Shown: positions 38,752-47,983, counted from the first letter of the stretch. The stretch: DNA of 64,000 nucleotides from an uncultured Candidatus Saccharibacteria bacterium (GCA_964520295.1 CAZFMQ010000003.1:1060-65059), one strand, 5' to 3'. Notes: generated by a model not told the origin, from the sequence alone. Numbers and translations: made by a program.

Positions 38752-39096
38752 ATGGAACACATCTCATACGACGACTTTAAAAAAGTAGACATTCGCATCG
38801 GCAAGATTCTTTCCGTTGAGGTTGTGCCTGAAACAGATAAGCTCTTGCGTTTGGAAGTTGATTTCAATGAAGGTGCACCCCGCCAGATTATCTCAGGTAT
38901 CAAAGAGTACGTTGATGATATGCAGTCGCTCGTGGGAAAGAAAACAACATTTGTGTGCAATCTTGAACCGCGCACCATCAAGGGTTTGGAAAGCAATGGT
39001 ATGTTGTTCGCCGCATCAGTGGGCGAAGGAGATGAAAAACAGTTCTCATTCATTATCCCCGAATCTGATATGCCAGAAGGTACGCGCTTGGGGTAA
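38752..39096 (+). CDS. tRNA-binding domain protein (CsaA/Trbp111-like OB fold)
   Basis: FKKVDIRIGKILSVEVVPETDKLLRLEVDFNEG...FVCNLEPRTIKGLESNGMLFAAS. 114 aa. Confidence 0.8.
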   Translation: MEHISYDDFKKVDIRIGKILSVEVVPETDKLLRLEVDFNEGAPRQIISGIKEYVDDMQSLVGKKTTFVCNLEPRTIKGLESNGMLFAASVGEGDEKQFSFIIPESDMPEGTRLG

Positions 39097-39105
39097 TATG
39101 AGTGC

Positions 39106-40200
39106 ATGAGTTTTGCCTCAAAAGTACTTTCAATTTTCCCTACACTGCCATACTTGCTACTTCCTGCTGCGGGCTTGGATATTTCTGACCAATCGGTGAA
39201 GTGTGTGGAGTTTACAAAATCGCGACAGCGCGGACGACGCGTGAAGCGTTTTGCGTCTATGGCTATTCCGCGTGGTGTGGTGGAGCAGGGGCGCGTGATT
39301 GATAAACAAAAACTGATTGCCATCTTGTCGGAGTTTGCGCGCGTCAATAAAATTCATTATGTGCGCGCATCATTGCCGGAGGAAGCAGGATACATTTTCC
39401 CTGCACACATACCTGAACACCTGACGCACGATGAAACGCGAGAAGCACTCAAGTTTAAAATAGAAGAGAATGTGCCCATCGCACTGTCAGATGCGATTAT
39501 CGATTACGAAGTTGTGCCGGACGTACCAACAGCGGGTGGTCAACGCATGGTGTCAGTATCTGTATATCCAAAAAAAGTTGCCGAGGAGTATGTAGAATTA
39601 CTTTCAGCTGCCGGGTTTGAAGTCTTGTCGCTTGAAATAGAGGCACAGGCCATTGCGCGCGCGGTTGTACCGAAAAAACTGAACGATGTGTCTATGGTCG
39701 TTGATCTGGGGCGCGCTCGATCAGGTATTGCTATTGTGCAGGGTCAAGCAGTGCGCTTTACAGCAACGGTCTCTGTTGGTGGCGATGAAGTCGATGATGT
39801 GTTGATGCGCTCACTCCCCGATGCGTCACACGATGACATTACACACATAAAAAATGAGCAAGGACTGTCGTATGAGGGGGAAGGGTCAGATGCGTTCAAG
39901 ACATTTGCACAGCGACTGAGCAAAGAAGTGGAGCGATACATGGTGTATTGGCAAACACACAAAGAAAAACGAAATACACCGAATGCGCAACAGGCGGTTG
40001 TGCGTATCATTGTGACGGGAGGTAATGCAAACATTGCAGGTCTTCCAGAATATCTTGAACGTACACTCCGCATTCCAGTATTGAAAGGCAACGCATGGGA
40101 AAATGCCTTTTCGCTCGATGCGTATATTCCTGATATAGCAGCACAAGAATCATTGGGATACACACCTGCTATTGGTTTGGCATTACACGAAGATGAATAG
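39106..40200 (+). CDS. pilM: type IV pilus assembly protein PilM (actin-like)
   Basis: N-terminal ...GLDISDQSVKCVEF... ATPase-fold start. 364 aa. Followed by PilN- and PilO-like genes. Confidence 0.75.
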   Translation: MSFASKVLSIFPTLPYLLLPAAGLDISDQSVKCVEFTKSRQRGRRVKRFASMAIPRGVVEQGRVIDKQKLIAILSEFARVNKIHYVRASLPEEAGYIFPAHIPEHLTHDETREALKFKIEENVPIALSDAIIDYEVVPDVPTAGGQRMVSVSVYPKKVAEEYVELLSAAGFEVLSLEIEAQAIARAVVPKKLNDVSMVVDLGRARSGIAIVQGQAVRFTATVSVGGDEVDDVLMRSLPDASHDDITHIKNEQGLSYEGEGSDAFKTFAQRLSKEVERYMVYWQTHKEKRNTPNAQQAVVRIIVTGGNANIAGLPEYLERTLRIPVLKGNAWENAFSLDAYIPDIAAQESLGYTPAIGLALHEDE

Positions 40201-40245
40201 TGCACATAGTGGTGCGCAGTACAGCAGTGCTCTTCACAGTGCGCG

Positions 40246-40950
40246 TTGTTCCCCTTATTTTTTCTGCGCTACAATAGGTGTGTGGTAAATCTGCTTCCTG
40301 TACAAACATATAAGCGCGTGAGGTGGGAGCGCCGTCGTCGTATTACGATTGTAGCGCTGGTGTTTATGTCATGCGCACTTGTGATGGCACTTTTGTTTGC
40401 ACTCCCGTCAATTATTGTGACGTGGTTCGGTGTAAAAGGATTCGATACGCAGTTGGAAACAACAAAAACGTTGGTGGATGTACAGCGCAAACAGGGACGT
40501 GGCGACATGCTCTCCGATTTGTCTGAGCGCGCTGCACTGTTAGAGCAAGCACTCTCAGTACGTACACCCACATCGGTTTTGGAAGACATTGTGCCGCGTA
40601 TTCCTGAGGGCGTACGTATTCGTCAGTTTACCTATACATTGTCAGGTGATGCGGTATCAGTGGCAGTGCTTGGTACTGCAGACACACGTGCATCACTCAT
40701 CGCGTTTGGTAACGCGTTGCGCCAGTCGCCACTTTTCTCGCGGGTAGACGTGCCTGTATCTAGTTTGGCAAAGAGCGAAGACATTGATTTTTCTTTGGCG
40801 CTCGCACTTGCAGCACCTGTGGATGTAACACTACCTCCAGCAACGGCACCTATTGAGGAGGCTACAACAACAGATACAGAAACAGCACCAGAAACAATTT
40901 CAGAAACAGATACACGCGAACCACAGCTATCTGATCCAAACGCTATATGA
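40246..40950 (+). CDS. pilN: PilN-like pilus assembly protein
   Basis: VNLLP motif near the N-terminus, a single TM, then a periplasmic coiled-coil domain. Confidence 0.6.
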   Translation: MFPLFFLRYNRCVVNLLPVQTYKRVRWERRRRITIVALVFMSCALVMALLFALPSIIVTWFGVKGFDTQLETTKTLVDVQRKQGRGDMLSDLSERAALLEQALSVRTPTSVLEDIVPRIPEGVRIRQFTYTLSGDAVSVAVLGTADTRASLIAFGNALRQSPLFSRVDVPVSSLAKSEDIDFSLALALAAPVDVTLPPATAPIEEATTTDTETAPETISETDTREPQLSDPNAI

Positions 40951-41495
40951 GTGCAAAGAAAAAACTAACCATCAGGCATACTGTGCTGTACACCATGATC
41001 GCAATTGTGACAGTACTTGTGGGCGTCTATGTTTTTGTCATGGTGCGTACACAGCGCTCATACGATCACATCATGTTTGTACAAGAAGAATTACTCATAC
41101 AGACACAGCTGGAGCGTCGCGCGCGCGATACATCAGGCACCTTGGCGCAACTTTCAAATAGTCATACGTTTGCGCAACGGTATTTCAGGACACCCGATGA
41201 CGTTATCGCTGTTATTGAAGAGCTGGAGGGTTTTGGAACAGTGATCGGCGCGCCGGTCACAGTGGCACAAGTACAGATACAAAACGAAAACACTGAGACG
41301 CATGAAGGCACACTCATCGTGCATGTTGCGGCATCGGGTACATGGCGTGCAATGTCGCAGTTACTCTCACTGTTGGACACCTTGCCGTACCACGCAACAG
41401 TGATGCAAGCTGGTTTAGAAACGACGCGCGCCAACGACAATGGTGTGCCGATATGGTCTCTGCGCGCAACGCTCGCTATACTTTTGAAACAATAA
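40947..41495 (+). CDS. pilO: PilO-like pilus assembly protein
   Basis: Single N-terminal TM plus periplasmic domain. 4-nt overlap with pilN. Confidence 0.55.
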   Translation: MSAKKKLTIRHTVLYTMIAIVTVLVGVYVFVMVRTQRSYDHIMFVQEELLIQTQLERRARDTSGTLAQLSNSHTFAQRYFRTPDDVIAVIEELEGFGTVIGAPVTVAQVQIQNENTETHEGTLIVHVAASGTWRAMSQLLSLLDTLPYHATVMQAGLETTRANDNGVPIWSLRATLAILLKQ

Positions 41496-41496
41496 T

Positions 41497-41817
41497 ATGG
41501 CAGTACTTTCACTCAATCGTATACAGTCGTGGTTGAAACAAGTCTTTGTTGCAGAGACCAATGCGGGTGCGTGGTTACGCCTTTTGTTGTTGTTCGTGCT
41601 CGTGAGCGCCGGACTCATTACACTCTCGCTCTCACAGTTCTTTACCGTGCATGATGTGGGTAGTCGCGTCATAACATCTACACGTTCAGTGCCTGATGCA
41701 CAAACAGTAGACGAGGCGCACATTCAACAGGTGCTTGGTGCATTCACACAACGCACGGCAACATTCAATGAACACTTGCAAAATCCCATTGTCATCAGTG
41801 ATCCATACAGACGATAA
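41497..41817 (+). CDS. small membrane protein, possibly a PilP-like accessory
   Basis: 106 aa with one TM (AWLRLLLLFVLVSAGLITLSL). Immediately follows pilO. Confidence 0.35.
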   Translation: MAVLSLNRIQSWLKQVFVAETNAGAWLRLLLLFVLVSAGLITLSLSQFFTVHDVGSRVITSTRSVPDAQTVDEAHIQQVLGAFTQRTATFNEHLQNPIVISDPYRR

Positions 41818-41881
41818 CGGGTTGTGGAGAGGGAAGGAGACAGGTGCACTAAAATAAAAAGTGCGATATACTAGCTCCGTT

Positions 41882-41954
41882 GGGCGCTTAGCTCAGTTGG
41901 TAGAGCAACTCTTTTACACAGAGAAGGTCGGGGGTTCAAGTCCCTCAGCGCCCA
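41882..41954 (+). tRNA. tRNA-Val (anticodon TAC)
   Basis: Acceptor GGGCGCT/AGCGCCC, D-arm GCTC..GAGC, anticodon loop TTTACAC, T-arm GGGGG-TTCAAGT-CCCTC. Confidence 0.85.
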
Positions 41955-41969
41955 CAGAACATAGCCATT

Positions 41970-42041
41970 CCTCCTGTAGTTTAATGGATAAAACGAGGGG
42001 CTTCTATCCCCTTGATGGGGGTTCGATTCCCTCCGGGAGGA
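41970..42041 (+). tRNA. tRNA-Arg (anticodon TCT)
   Basis: Acceptor CCTCCTG/CGGGAGG, anticodon stem AGGGG/CCCCT with loop CTTCTAT, T-arm GGGGG-TTCGATT-CCCTC. It lies 15 nt after tRNA-Val. Confidence 0.8.
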
Positions 42042-42053
42042 CATTCTCTCTAT

Positions 42054-42779
42054 ATGCAACTCCCCATCCTCTACGAAGATAATGATGTGGTATTCATCAA
42101 TAAGCCGTCAGGTATTTTGGTGCATGCTGATGGAAAATCAAACGATCCAACAATTGTGGATTGGGTACTACAACACTATCCCGAGAGTGCTTCGGTGGGG
42201 GAACCACAACTCCTTTCCAATGGCATGAGTGTTGAGCGCCCTGGCATTGTGCATCGTTTGGATGCCGACACGTCGGGTGTTTTGGTAATTGCAAAAAACG
42301 AAGACGCATTCGTGCACCTCAAAGCACTCTTTCAAGAACGACAGGTGCAAAAAACATATCGCGCATTTGTGTACGGTGTGGTGAAAAAAGAATACGACGT
42401 CATTAATCGTCCAATTGGCAAAAGCCGAACCGATCCGCGTTTGTGGTCGGCACAGCGCGGTGCCCGCGGTGCAATGCGCGATGCTATCACTGAATACAAA
42501 GTGTTGGCACGCGGTGATGCGCACTCCTATATTGAATTACATCCAAAGACGGGGCGTACGCACCAAATTCGCGTGCACCTCAAAGCAATCAATCACCCTG
42601 TGGTGTGCGATGGACTCTATGCACCAAAACAGCACCCTGCGCTCGGCTTTTCTCGCCTCGCACTGCATGCCTGCAAACTCGCGCTAATGTTGCCGTCGGG
42701 GGAGCGTGTGGTCGTGGAGGCGCCGTTGCCGCACGATTTCGTGGATGCGGAACGCCTTTTGGCACAGCACGAGGTCTAG
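42054..42779 (+). CDS. RluA-family pseudouridine synthase
   Basis: Catalytic motif HRLDADTSGVLVIAKN. The start is taken at ATG 42054 (MQLPILYEDND). The track TTG start at 42012 overlaps the tRNA-Arg. Confidence 0.85.
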   Translation: MQLPILYEDNDVVFINKPSGILVHADGKSNDPTIVDWVLQHYPESASVGEPQLLSNGMSVERPGIVHRLDADTSGVLVIAKNEDAFVHLKALFQERQVQKTYRAFVYGVVKKEYDVINRPIGKSRTDPRLWSAQRGARGAMRDAITEYKVLARGDAHSYIELHPKTGRTHQIRVHLKAINHPVVCDGLYAPKQHPALGFSRLALHACKLALMLPSGERVVVEAPLPHDFVDAERLLAQHEV

Positions 42780-42809
42780 CGTGGGTAATCTTGCCGTTTT
42801 TCTCGCCAC

Positions 42810-43295
42810 GTGCTAAAGTACGATGCCTATAAAGCTATGGTTCACACAGCAGTAAAAATTTCACCGGTAGACATGCAGGAGCGCAAAGAACTTCCAATGC
42901 GCGCCGGTGATACCGTTCGTGTATGGGTAAAGGTGGAAGAGCGCGGCAAAACCCGCCTTCAAGCATTTGAAGGTATTGTGATTGGCCGCAAGGGCGGTTC
43001 AACTGCAGGTGCAACCTTTACTGTTCGCCGTGTTGCAGACGGATACGGTGTTGAAAAGATTTTCCCATTGTACGCACCATCCATTGATAAGATTGAGGTG
43101 CTCCGTCGTGTAAAGACCCGTCGCTCAAAGCTGTACCACATTCGCGAGAAAGCAGCGCGCGAAATTCGCCGCCAGATGCGCCGCATGCAGTTCGTCAACA
43201 TCTCAACAGGCAACAAGAAAGAAGAAGTGCCCGCAGAAGCACCGGTTGCCGAAGTTGCAGATACTCCAGAAGCAACAACCGAATCAGCAGAGTAA
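42810..43295 (+). CDS. rplS: 50S ribosomal protein L19 with terminal extensions
   Basis: Core [70 protein letters not shown]. Confidence 0.85.
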   Translation: MLKYDAYKAMVHTAVKISPVDMQERKELPMRAGDTVRVWVKVEERGKTRLQAFEGIVIGRKGGSTAGATFTVRRVADGYGVEKIFPLYAPSIDKIEVLRRVKTRRSKLYHIREKAAREIRRQMRRMQFVNISTGNKKEEVPAEAPVAEVADTPEATTESAE

Positions 43296-43300
43296 ACATA

Positions 43301-43335
43301 AAACCCCGTTCCGGTATCGGAACGGGGTTTTGATT
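43301..43335 (+). terminator. rho-independent terminator of rplS
   Basis: Hairpin aaccccgttcc-ggtatc-ggaacggggtt followed by tttgatttg. The stem is built from the CCCCGTTCC motif and its complement. Confidence 0.7.
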
Positions 43336-43354
43336 TGTTGTGCGCAGGAGAGGA
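43334..43354. repeat. 21-nt direct repeat copy 1, duplicating the tRNA-Leu 3' end and flank
   Basis: tttgttgtgcgcaggagagga is identical to 43507-43527, which covers the 3' acceptor and T-stem of tRNA-Leu on the opposite strand. It is followed by a degenerate T-arm-like hairpin GGAGAGG-aatttttccttca-CCTCTCC. Confidence 0.6.
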
Positions 43355-43513
43355 ATTTTTCCTTCACCTCTCCGACGTGCCGTCGCACGTCGTCGGGTTA
43401 GGCACCGACTCCCTAGCTGTCACCGGTGTGACAGCTTTCGGTCCGTCGTTCAAATCCTCTCTTGCGTACAAACAAAATCACCGAATGCTCCGCATCCGGT
43501 TCTTTGTTTGTTG

Positions 43514-43597
43514 TGCGCAGGAGAGGATTTGAACCTCCATGCCCTTGCGGGCGCTACCACCTCAAGGTAGTGCGTCTACCAATTTCGCCACCTGCGC
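43514..43597 (-). tRNA. tRNA-Leu (anticodon GAG)
   Basis: Type II tRNA on the minus strand: acceptor GCGCAGG/CCTGCGC, anticodon stem CTACC/GGTAG with loop TTGAGGT, long variable arm CGCCCGCAAGGGCAT, T-arm GGAGG-TTCAAAT-CCTCT. Confidence 0.8.
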
Positions 43598-43655
43598 GTG
43601 CGGGCAGTATAAACCAAACTACGCATTCAGAAAAGCGCCACAGACTTTGCTATAG

Positions 43656-44747
43656 TTGATAGGTATGCGCGCACTTATCACTCGCACAAAGACATTCATT
43701 GAACAGCACGAACGAATACTATCGGCGGGCGCGCTGCTATCAGGATTTATTGTTGATTCACTCACACTGCGTCGCATTGATTTGCTCGCAGAAAACATCG
43801 CCATCACCAGTTATCTGTTGGTGGCGATGTTTTGTATCGTGGTGCTCGCATTGCGTGAACGCACAAAAGAGCACGGACGCGTACTGTCATGGGTACTGAC
43901 GGTTGCACCGCTGGTGTTGCAGATTGCATTTGGTGCGCTCTTCTCAGCATTTGTTATTTTCTATTCGCGCAGTGCATCACTTTCAGCAAGCTGGCCATTC
44001 ATGCTGTTTCTGTTGTTTATGCTTATTGGTAACGAGGCATTTCGTCCTCGTTATGAAAAATTAGTATTTCACGTCGGTGTTTGGTTCGTGGCACTGTTGT
44101 CATACTCCATCATGCTCGTGCCAACCGTACTTGGTTCAATCGGCACACCACAGTTTCTCTTGAGCATTGCACTGTCGCTCGCACTCGTTGCACTCTTTTT
44201 ACAACTACTGCAGCGCATTGCGCCACGCGAGGTGCACAATGCACGCGGCGCGCTCATCAGAACCATCGGCGGTATTGCGGCGCTCTGTTTCGGCGCATAC
44301 ATTACAGGGCTTATGCCACCTGCACCACTCGCACTCTCTGATTCGGTTATTGCACATTCCGTTACAAAAATTGAAGATGATTACACGCTTGCAGTGGAAC
44401 ATCGTTCATTCAGAGATGTGGTCTCATTTTCACGAACATTTCATCGTGCGCAAAATGAGCCGGTGTATGTGTGGACATCAGTATTTGCACCAACCAAACT
44501 TTCAACTTCTATTGTGCATGTGTGGCAACGCCAAGAGGGTAGTCGTTGGGTAGATGCAGGGCGCATTGCGTTTCCTATCACGGGTGGTCGTGGCGGTGGC
44601 TATCGTGGCTATTCAGTGAAAAATGCTATCGCACCCGGTGCGTGGCGCGTATCGGTGGAGACGAGTAACGGATTAGTTATTGGTCGCGTGCGTTTCAATG
44701 TCGCGGCGTCTGATCGTGTGCCAGAATTATTTGCCGTTGAGCGATAA
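43656..44747 (+). CDS. polytopic membrane protein with a C-terminal DUF2914-like beta domain
   Basis: About 7 TM helices, then ...ITGGRGGGYRGYSVKNAIAPGAWRVSVETSNGLVIGRVRFNV, a GYR..W pattern reminiscent of DUF2914. TTG start as given in the track. Confidence 0.45.
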   Translation: MIGMRALITRTKTFIEQHERILSAGALLSGFIVDSLTLRRIDLLAENIAITSYLLVAMFCIVVLALRERTKEHGRVLSWVLTVAPLVLQIAFGALFSAFVIFYSRSASLSASWPFMLFLLFMLIGNEAFRPRYEKLVFHVGVWFVALLSYSIMLVPTVLGSIGTPQFLLSIALSLALVALFLQLLQRIAPREVHNARGALIRTIGGIAALCFGAYITGLMPPAPLALSDSVIAHSVTKIEDDYTLAVEHRSFRDVVSFSRTFHRAQNEPVYVWTSVFAPTKLSTSIVHVWQRQEGSRWVDAGRIAFPITGGRGGGYRGYSVKNAIAPGAWRVSVETSNGLVIGRVRFNVAASDRVPELFAVER

Positions 44748-44789
44748 GTGGCTTCGTGCAGGGTTTTTTGCTAGAGTGTGTGCGTTTAT

Positions 44790-44865
44790 GGTGCCTATGG
44801 TGTAACGGTCAACACTGGAGCTTGTGGAGCTCTCAATCTGGGTTCGATTCCCAGTAGGCACCCCA
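44790..44865 (+). tRNA. tRNA-His (anticodon GTG) with G-1 and an encoded CCA
   Basis: Extra 5' G pairing with discriminator C73. Anticodon loop TTGTGGA, T-arm CTGGG-TTCGATT-CCCAG. CCA is encoded at 44863-44865. Confidence 0.85.
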
Positions 44866-44909
44866 ATTAGAGATAGGTTCTGGCGCTCGAAAAGGGTCGT
44901 TTCGATTGT

Positions 44910-45449
44910 ATGTCTGTAAACTTAAACATAAACAAATACTCTCTTATACCCTACGATCCAAGGTGGCCTCAGAGGTTTGATGAGCTTCGAGCTATGCTCA
45001 AAGATGTGTTTGAAGCCAAGGCGCTTCATATTGAACACGTCGGTAGCACGGCGATTCCTGGAATGATGGCAAAACCGATCATTGATGTTCTAGTGGAAGT
45101 GGAAACAGTAAAAAATCTTTCTCAAGAAATTGAAAAGATGGTGAACAAGGGGTACGAATGGAAAGAAAATTACATTGCTCCCGACACGCTCCTTTTCTTC
45201 AAGGTGGACGCAGACGGCGAGAAAACGGAGAATATTCATATCTGCGTGCATGACTCTCCAAAAGCAAAACAGTTCGTGGTCATGCGTGACTTTTTCAGGG
45301 CGTTTCCTGATAAAGCAAGTGCGTATATTGAATTGAAAAAGATAAATGCGAAGAAATATCCCGGTGACTATCCTGCGTATCGTGCAGCCAAGCAATCATT
45401 CTTGGCACAAATGGAAAAGGAAGCGTACGGGTGGGGGGATAGCAAATAA
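44910..45449 (+). CDS. grpB: GrpB-family protein (UPF0157)
   Basis: HVGSTAIPGMMAKPIIDVLV motif typical of GrpB. 179 aa. Confidence 0.75.
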   Translation: MSVNLNINKYSLIPYDPRWPQRFDELRAMLKDVFEAKALHIEHVGSTAIPGMMAKPIIDVLVEVETVKNLSQEIEKMVNKGYEWKENYIAPDTLLFFKVDADGEKTENIHICVHDSPKAKQFVVMRDFFRAFPDKASAYIELKKINAKKYPGDYPAYRAAKQSFLAQMEKEAYGWGDSK

Positions 45450-45503
45450 GACGAAAGCCCCGAACACCATTACTGGGTCGGGGCTGGAATCAGGCGATGC
45501 TCG

Positions 45504-45881
45504 TTACCATGTGATGCCGTGGTTGAGCAATCTCTTGGTGATCGCGTACGCGAGACAGAGCGAGACGAGATCGCGCAGGAACTCCTCGCAGTCACCGGAG
45601 AAGGTGACTTGGTTCGAGAGTTCCTCCTTGCTTGCGAGCACGTCGCCGATCTCGAAGGCGCACATGATCTTGCCGAGCGTCTCGGGGCGCATGGCCCGGA
45701 TGTCTCCGGCGCAGAGGTCGATCTTCACGTGCTTGCGGAACGCGGCTTCGCTCTCCATCTGGTGCGCGATGTCCAGGTAGCGGTTCTTCCTGATGAGGCT
45801 CATCACGAGATTGTGAATGTACAGATCGCTCATTTTTATCTCCTTTCGTGGAGATTCCTCGCTCCCAGTAATCTGGACCAC
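45504..45881 (-). CDS. hypothetical protein in a GC-rich island
   Basis: 125-aa ORF (possibly starting at the internal MSDLYIHN) in a roughly 450-bp stretch that is much more GC-rich than its flanks. No homology recognised. Confidence 0.35.
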   Translation of the reverse strand: MVQITGSEESPRKEIKMSDLYIHNLVMSLIRKNRYLDIAHQMESEAAFRKHVKIDLCAGDIRAMRPETLGKIMCAFEIGDVLASKEELSNQVTFSGDCEEFLRDLVSLCLAYAITKRLLNHGITW

Positions 45882-46275
45882 TCTCGCCGAAAGGTTCGAC
45901 GGGCATGTGGTGGGCGACAGAGCGGTCGCCCGGGCGATCCGATAAAACTAGGTTTTATCGATGGTTGCATTATATATATGTAATCTTGATATGTCAAATA
46001 TAAAGTGACACACCAATCCTCATTCCCGTGTCACCCCTGTCACTTTACGATGTGCACGAGAAGCATCGTTCGGATAGTGTAGAATGAGCTGAACCACCAA
46101 GCCTTGTATGACACCTACTAGTTCTAGCTCGAGATAGCACCCACGATACAAAAACAATCTATCCGTGTGATGGGTTGTTTTTAGTTTTTTGATTTTTCCT
46201 ATTCCCCAACACCTAGTCCCCGTTCCCTAGAGACTTTGCTATACTAAAAGCACATTAGTATTTTAATTTGTACCT

Positions 46276-47193
46276 ATGCACTACAAGCATTTCTCATATA
46301 TTGCACTTGTTGCAATACTCGCAACATCTCTCTTTATCGGCACTACCGCACGCGCAGAGGTGAGCTGTATTTTTGAACGCGATCTCGCACTCGGTGATCA
46401 AGGCGAAGATGTACGTTGTTTGCAAAAATATCTCAACAGCGCTGGCTTTACCGTAGCAGCAAGTGGCCCAGGTGCACCTGGTGGCGAGACCAGTTTGTAT
46501 CGCGAGAAAACAATGGAGGCAGTACAACAGTGGCAGCAAGCAAAGGGTGTAATGCCATCAACGGGCACATGGGGTCCGCTCTCGCGCCTCACATACACCA
46601 AAGCACTTGCAAGTGCATTGAATGCGCAAAAGCCAGTGGTGGTTACACCAACAGTTGCAAGCATCACCGCAGTACCTTCTGTATCGGATGCAGAAAAACG
46701 TGCGCGCGCAGCACTGCTCGCAGCAGTCAGTGCGCTTGAAGATGCACAAGATGAGTACGATGAAGCAGAAGATGATGATGAAGAAACAGGCGATGCAGAC
46801 GAATACATTGAGGATGCACGTAATGACCTCTTTGATGCCATTCGCGCATTCTTGAAGGGTGACTTTGATGAGGCAGATGATTACGCAAGCAGCGCACGCG
46901 ATGCTGCCGACGATGCATCTGATGAAATAGAGGGTGAGTCGCGCAATGATGAAGACCGTGCTGAAGAAGAATTGGATGAAGTAGAAGAAGAACTGGATGA
47001 AGCATGGGATGAAGTAGCAGACGCAGAAGATGATGATGATGAAGATGTTGATGAGGCAGAAGATTTGCTTGATGAGGCAGAAGATCTTTTGGAAGATGCA
47101 GAAGATGCATTTGATGACGAAGATTGGGACGACGTACTTGATTTGGTAGATGAAATTCGTGACCTTATTGATGAAGCACTCGATTCGCTCTAA
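46276..47193 (+). CDS. secreted protein with a peptidoglycan-binding-like domain and an extreme D/E-rich C-terminal tail of about 180 aa
   Basis: Signal peptide ...LFIGTTARAEV. PG_binding_1-like LALGDQGEDVRCLQKYLNSAGFTVAASGPGAPGGETSLYREKTMEAVQQWQ. The tail is almost entirely D/E/A/L with imperfect 21-nt tandem repeats (DEAEDLL units). Confidence 0.6.
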   Translation: MHYKHFSYIALVAILATSLFIGTTARAEVSCIFERDLALGDQGEDVRCLQKYLNSAGFTVAASGPGAPGGETSLYREKTMEAVQQWQQAKGVMPSTGTWGPLSRLTYTKALASALNAQKPVVVTPTVASITAVPSVSDAEKRARAALLAAVSALEDAQDEYDEAEDDDEETGDADEYIEDARNDLFDAIRAFLKGDFDEADDYASSARDAADDASDEIEGESRNDEDRAEEELDEVEEELDEAWDEVADAEDDDDEDVDEAEDLLDEAEDLLEDAEDAFDDEDWDDVLDLVDEIRDLIDEALDSL

Positions 47194-47219
47194 GTTCGCA
47201 CTGCATAATCGCACCGCAC

Positions 47220-47759
47220 ATGCCGCACACTGAATCAGACGAGATTTACATCCGCTTAGAACATTATGACGACATCTTTTCTGATTTTGATATGCGACCG
47301 TACTCCAAACGTTCGCTCTCGGTGGATTTTTTGGAGGAGATAAAGCGCGCAGCAAATGACAAACACACGGGCGCGATTGATTTAGTGTTGTACGTACCTG
47401 AAGGGCAGCGCAATGATACACACGACGAAACTATTAAAGAGCGACTTTCGGTGCACTTCAAGCGACATTTAGAATTACTTAAGAAAGAACGCCGCAGTGT
47501 GTTGATGCTCGGTATTGGTATGGTGCTCGGGGGAGTACTTGCAATGATTGGTGCAACACTCATTGCGTTTCGCGGCCACGATGACAGCGTCACGTTATCG
47601 TTTCTATTGGTGTTTTTGGAACCAGCAGCGTGGTTCTTGTTATGGGAGGGTATGGATCAAATTGTGTTTAATGCAAAGAGTGTGATGCCTGAGCTTGAGT
47701 TCTACCACAAAATGACACACATGCGCGGACATATACATTTCAGGGAATATAAAATCTAA
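47220..47759 (+). CDS. hypothetical membrane protein (cytoplasmic N-domain plus 2 TM)
   Basis: 179 aa. TM segments VLMLGIGMVLGGVLAMIGATLIAF and LSFLLVFLEPAAWFLLW. Confidence 0.45.
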   Translation: MPHTESDEIYIRLEHYDDIFSDFDMRPYSKRSLSVDFLEEIKRAANDKHTGAIDLVLYVPEGQRNDTHDETIKERLSVHFKRHLELLKKERRSVLMLGIGMVLGGVLAMIGATLIAFRGHDDSVTLSFLLVFLEPAAWFLLWEGMDQIVFNAKSVMPELEFYHKMTHMRGHIHFREYKI

Positions 47760-47919
47760 CGTGCACAACACGTAGTGTGCGACGGGGAACGGAAGGCGGG
47801 GAAGAAGAAAACAGAGTGCCTCCATCTGAGCAACTAAGCCACCCAGTCCCTGCCTTGTTCCGCATTTCTGTTCCCTAATAACTGTTCCCCGTTCCATGTC
47901 CTGTTATCCCCACCTTTAT

Positions 47920-47950
47920 TTGACAGGTGAACGAGCGTTCACCTATACTC
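47920..47950 (+). promoter_or_regulatory. sigma-70-type promoter (TTGACA-N18-TATACT) with an embedded LexA/SOS box (GAAC-N4-GTTC)
   Basis: TTGACA at 47920-47925 and TATACT at 47944-47949. A perfect 20-bp palindrome AGGTGAACGAGCGTTCACCT (47925-47944) sits in the spacer. This is the Gram-positive Cheo-box pattern. Confidence 0.65.
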
Positions 47951-47983
47951 AGGTTATTACACAAGGGGTAGTCGCACAATACT

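Noticed and set aside
42012-42053. TTG start of the RluA-family ORF at 42012
   Set aside because: Overlaps the 3' half of tRNA-Arg(TCT). ATG at 42054 immediately follows the tRNA.
43335-43659. Three overlapping plus-strand ORFs of 65-76 aa
   Set aside because: They cover the tRNA-Leu gene and the hairpin-rich repeat region. No coding signal.
46398-47421. Long minus-strand ORFs (147 and 287 aa) and His/Leu-rich ORFs across the acidic-tail gene
   Set aside because: Mirror-image translations of a GAx-repeat low-complexity region. The plus-strand ORF has a signal peptide and a PG-binding domain.
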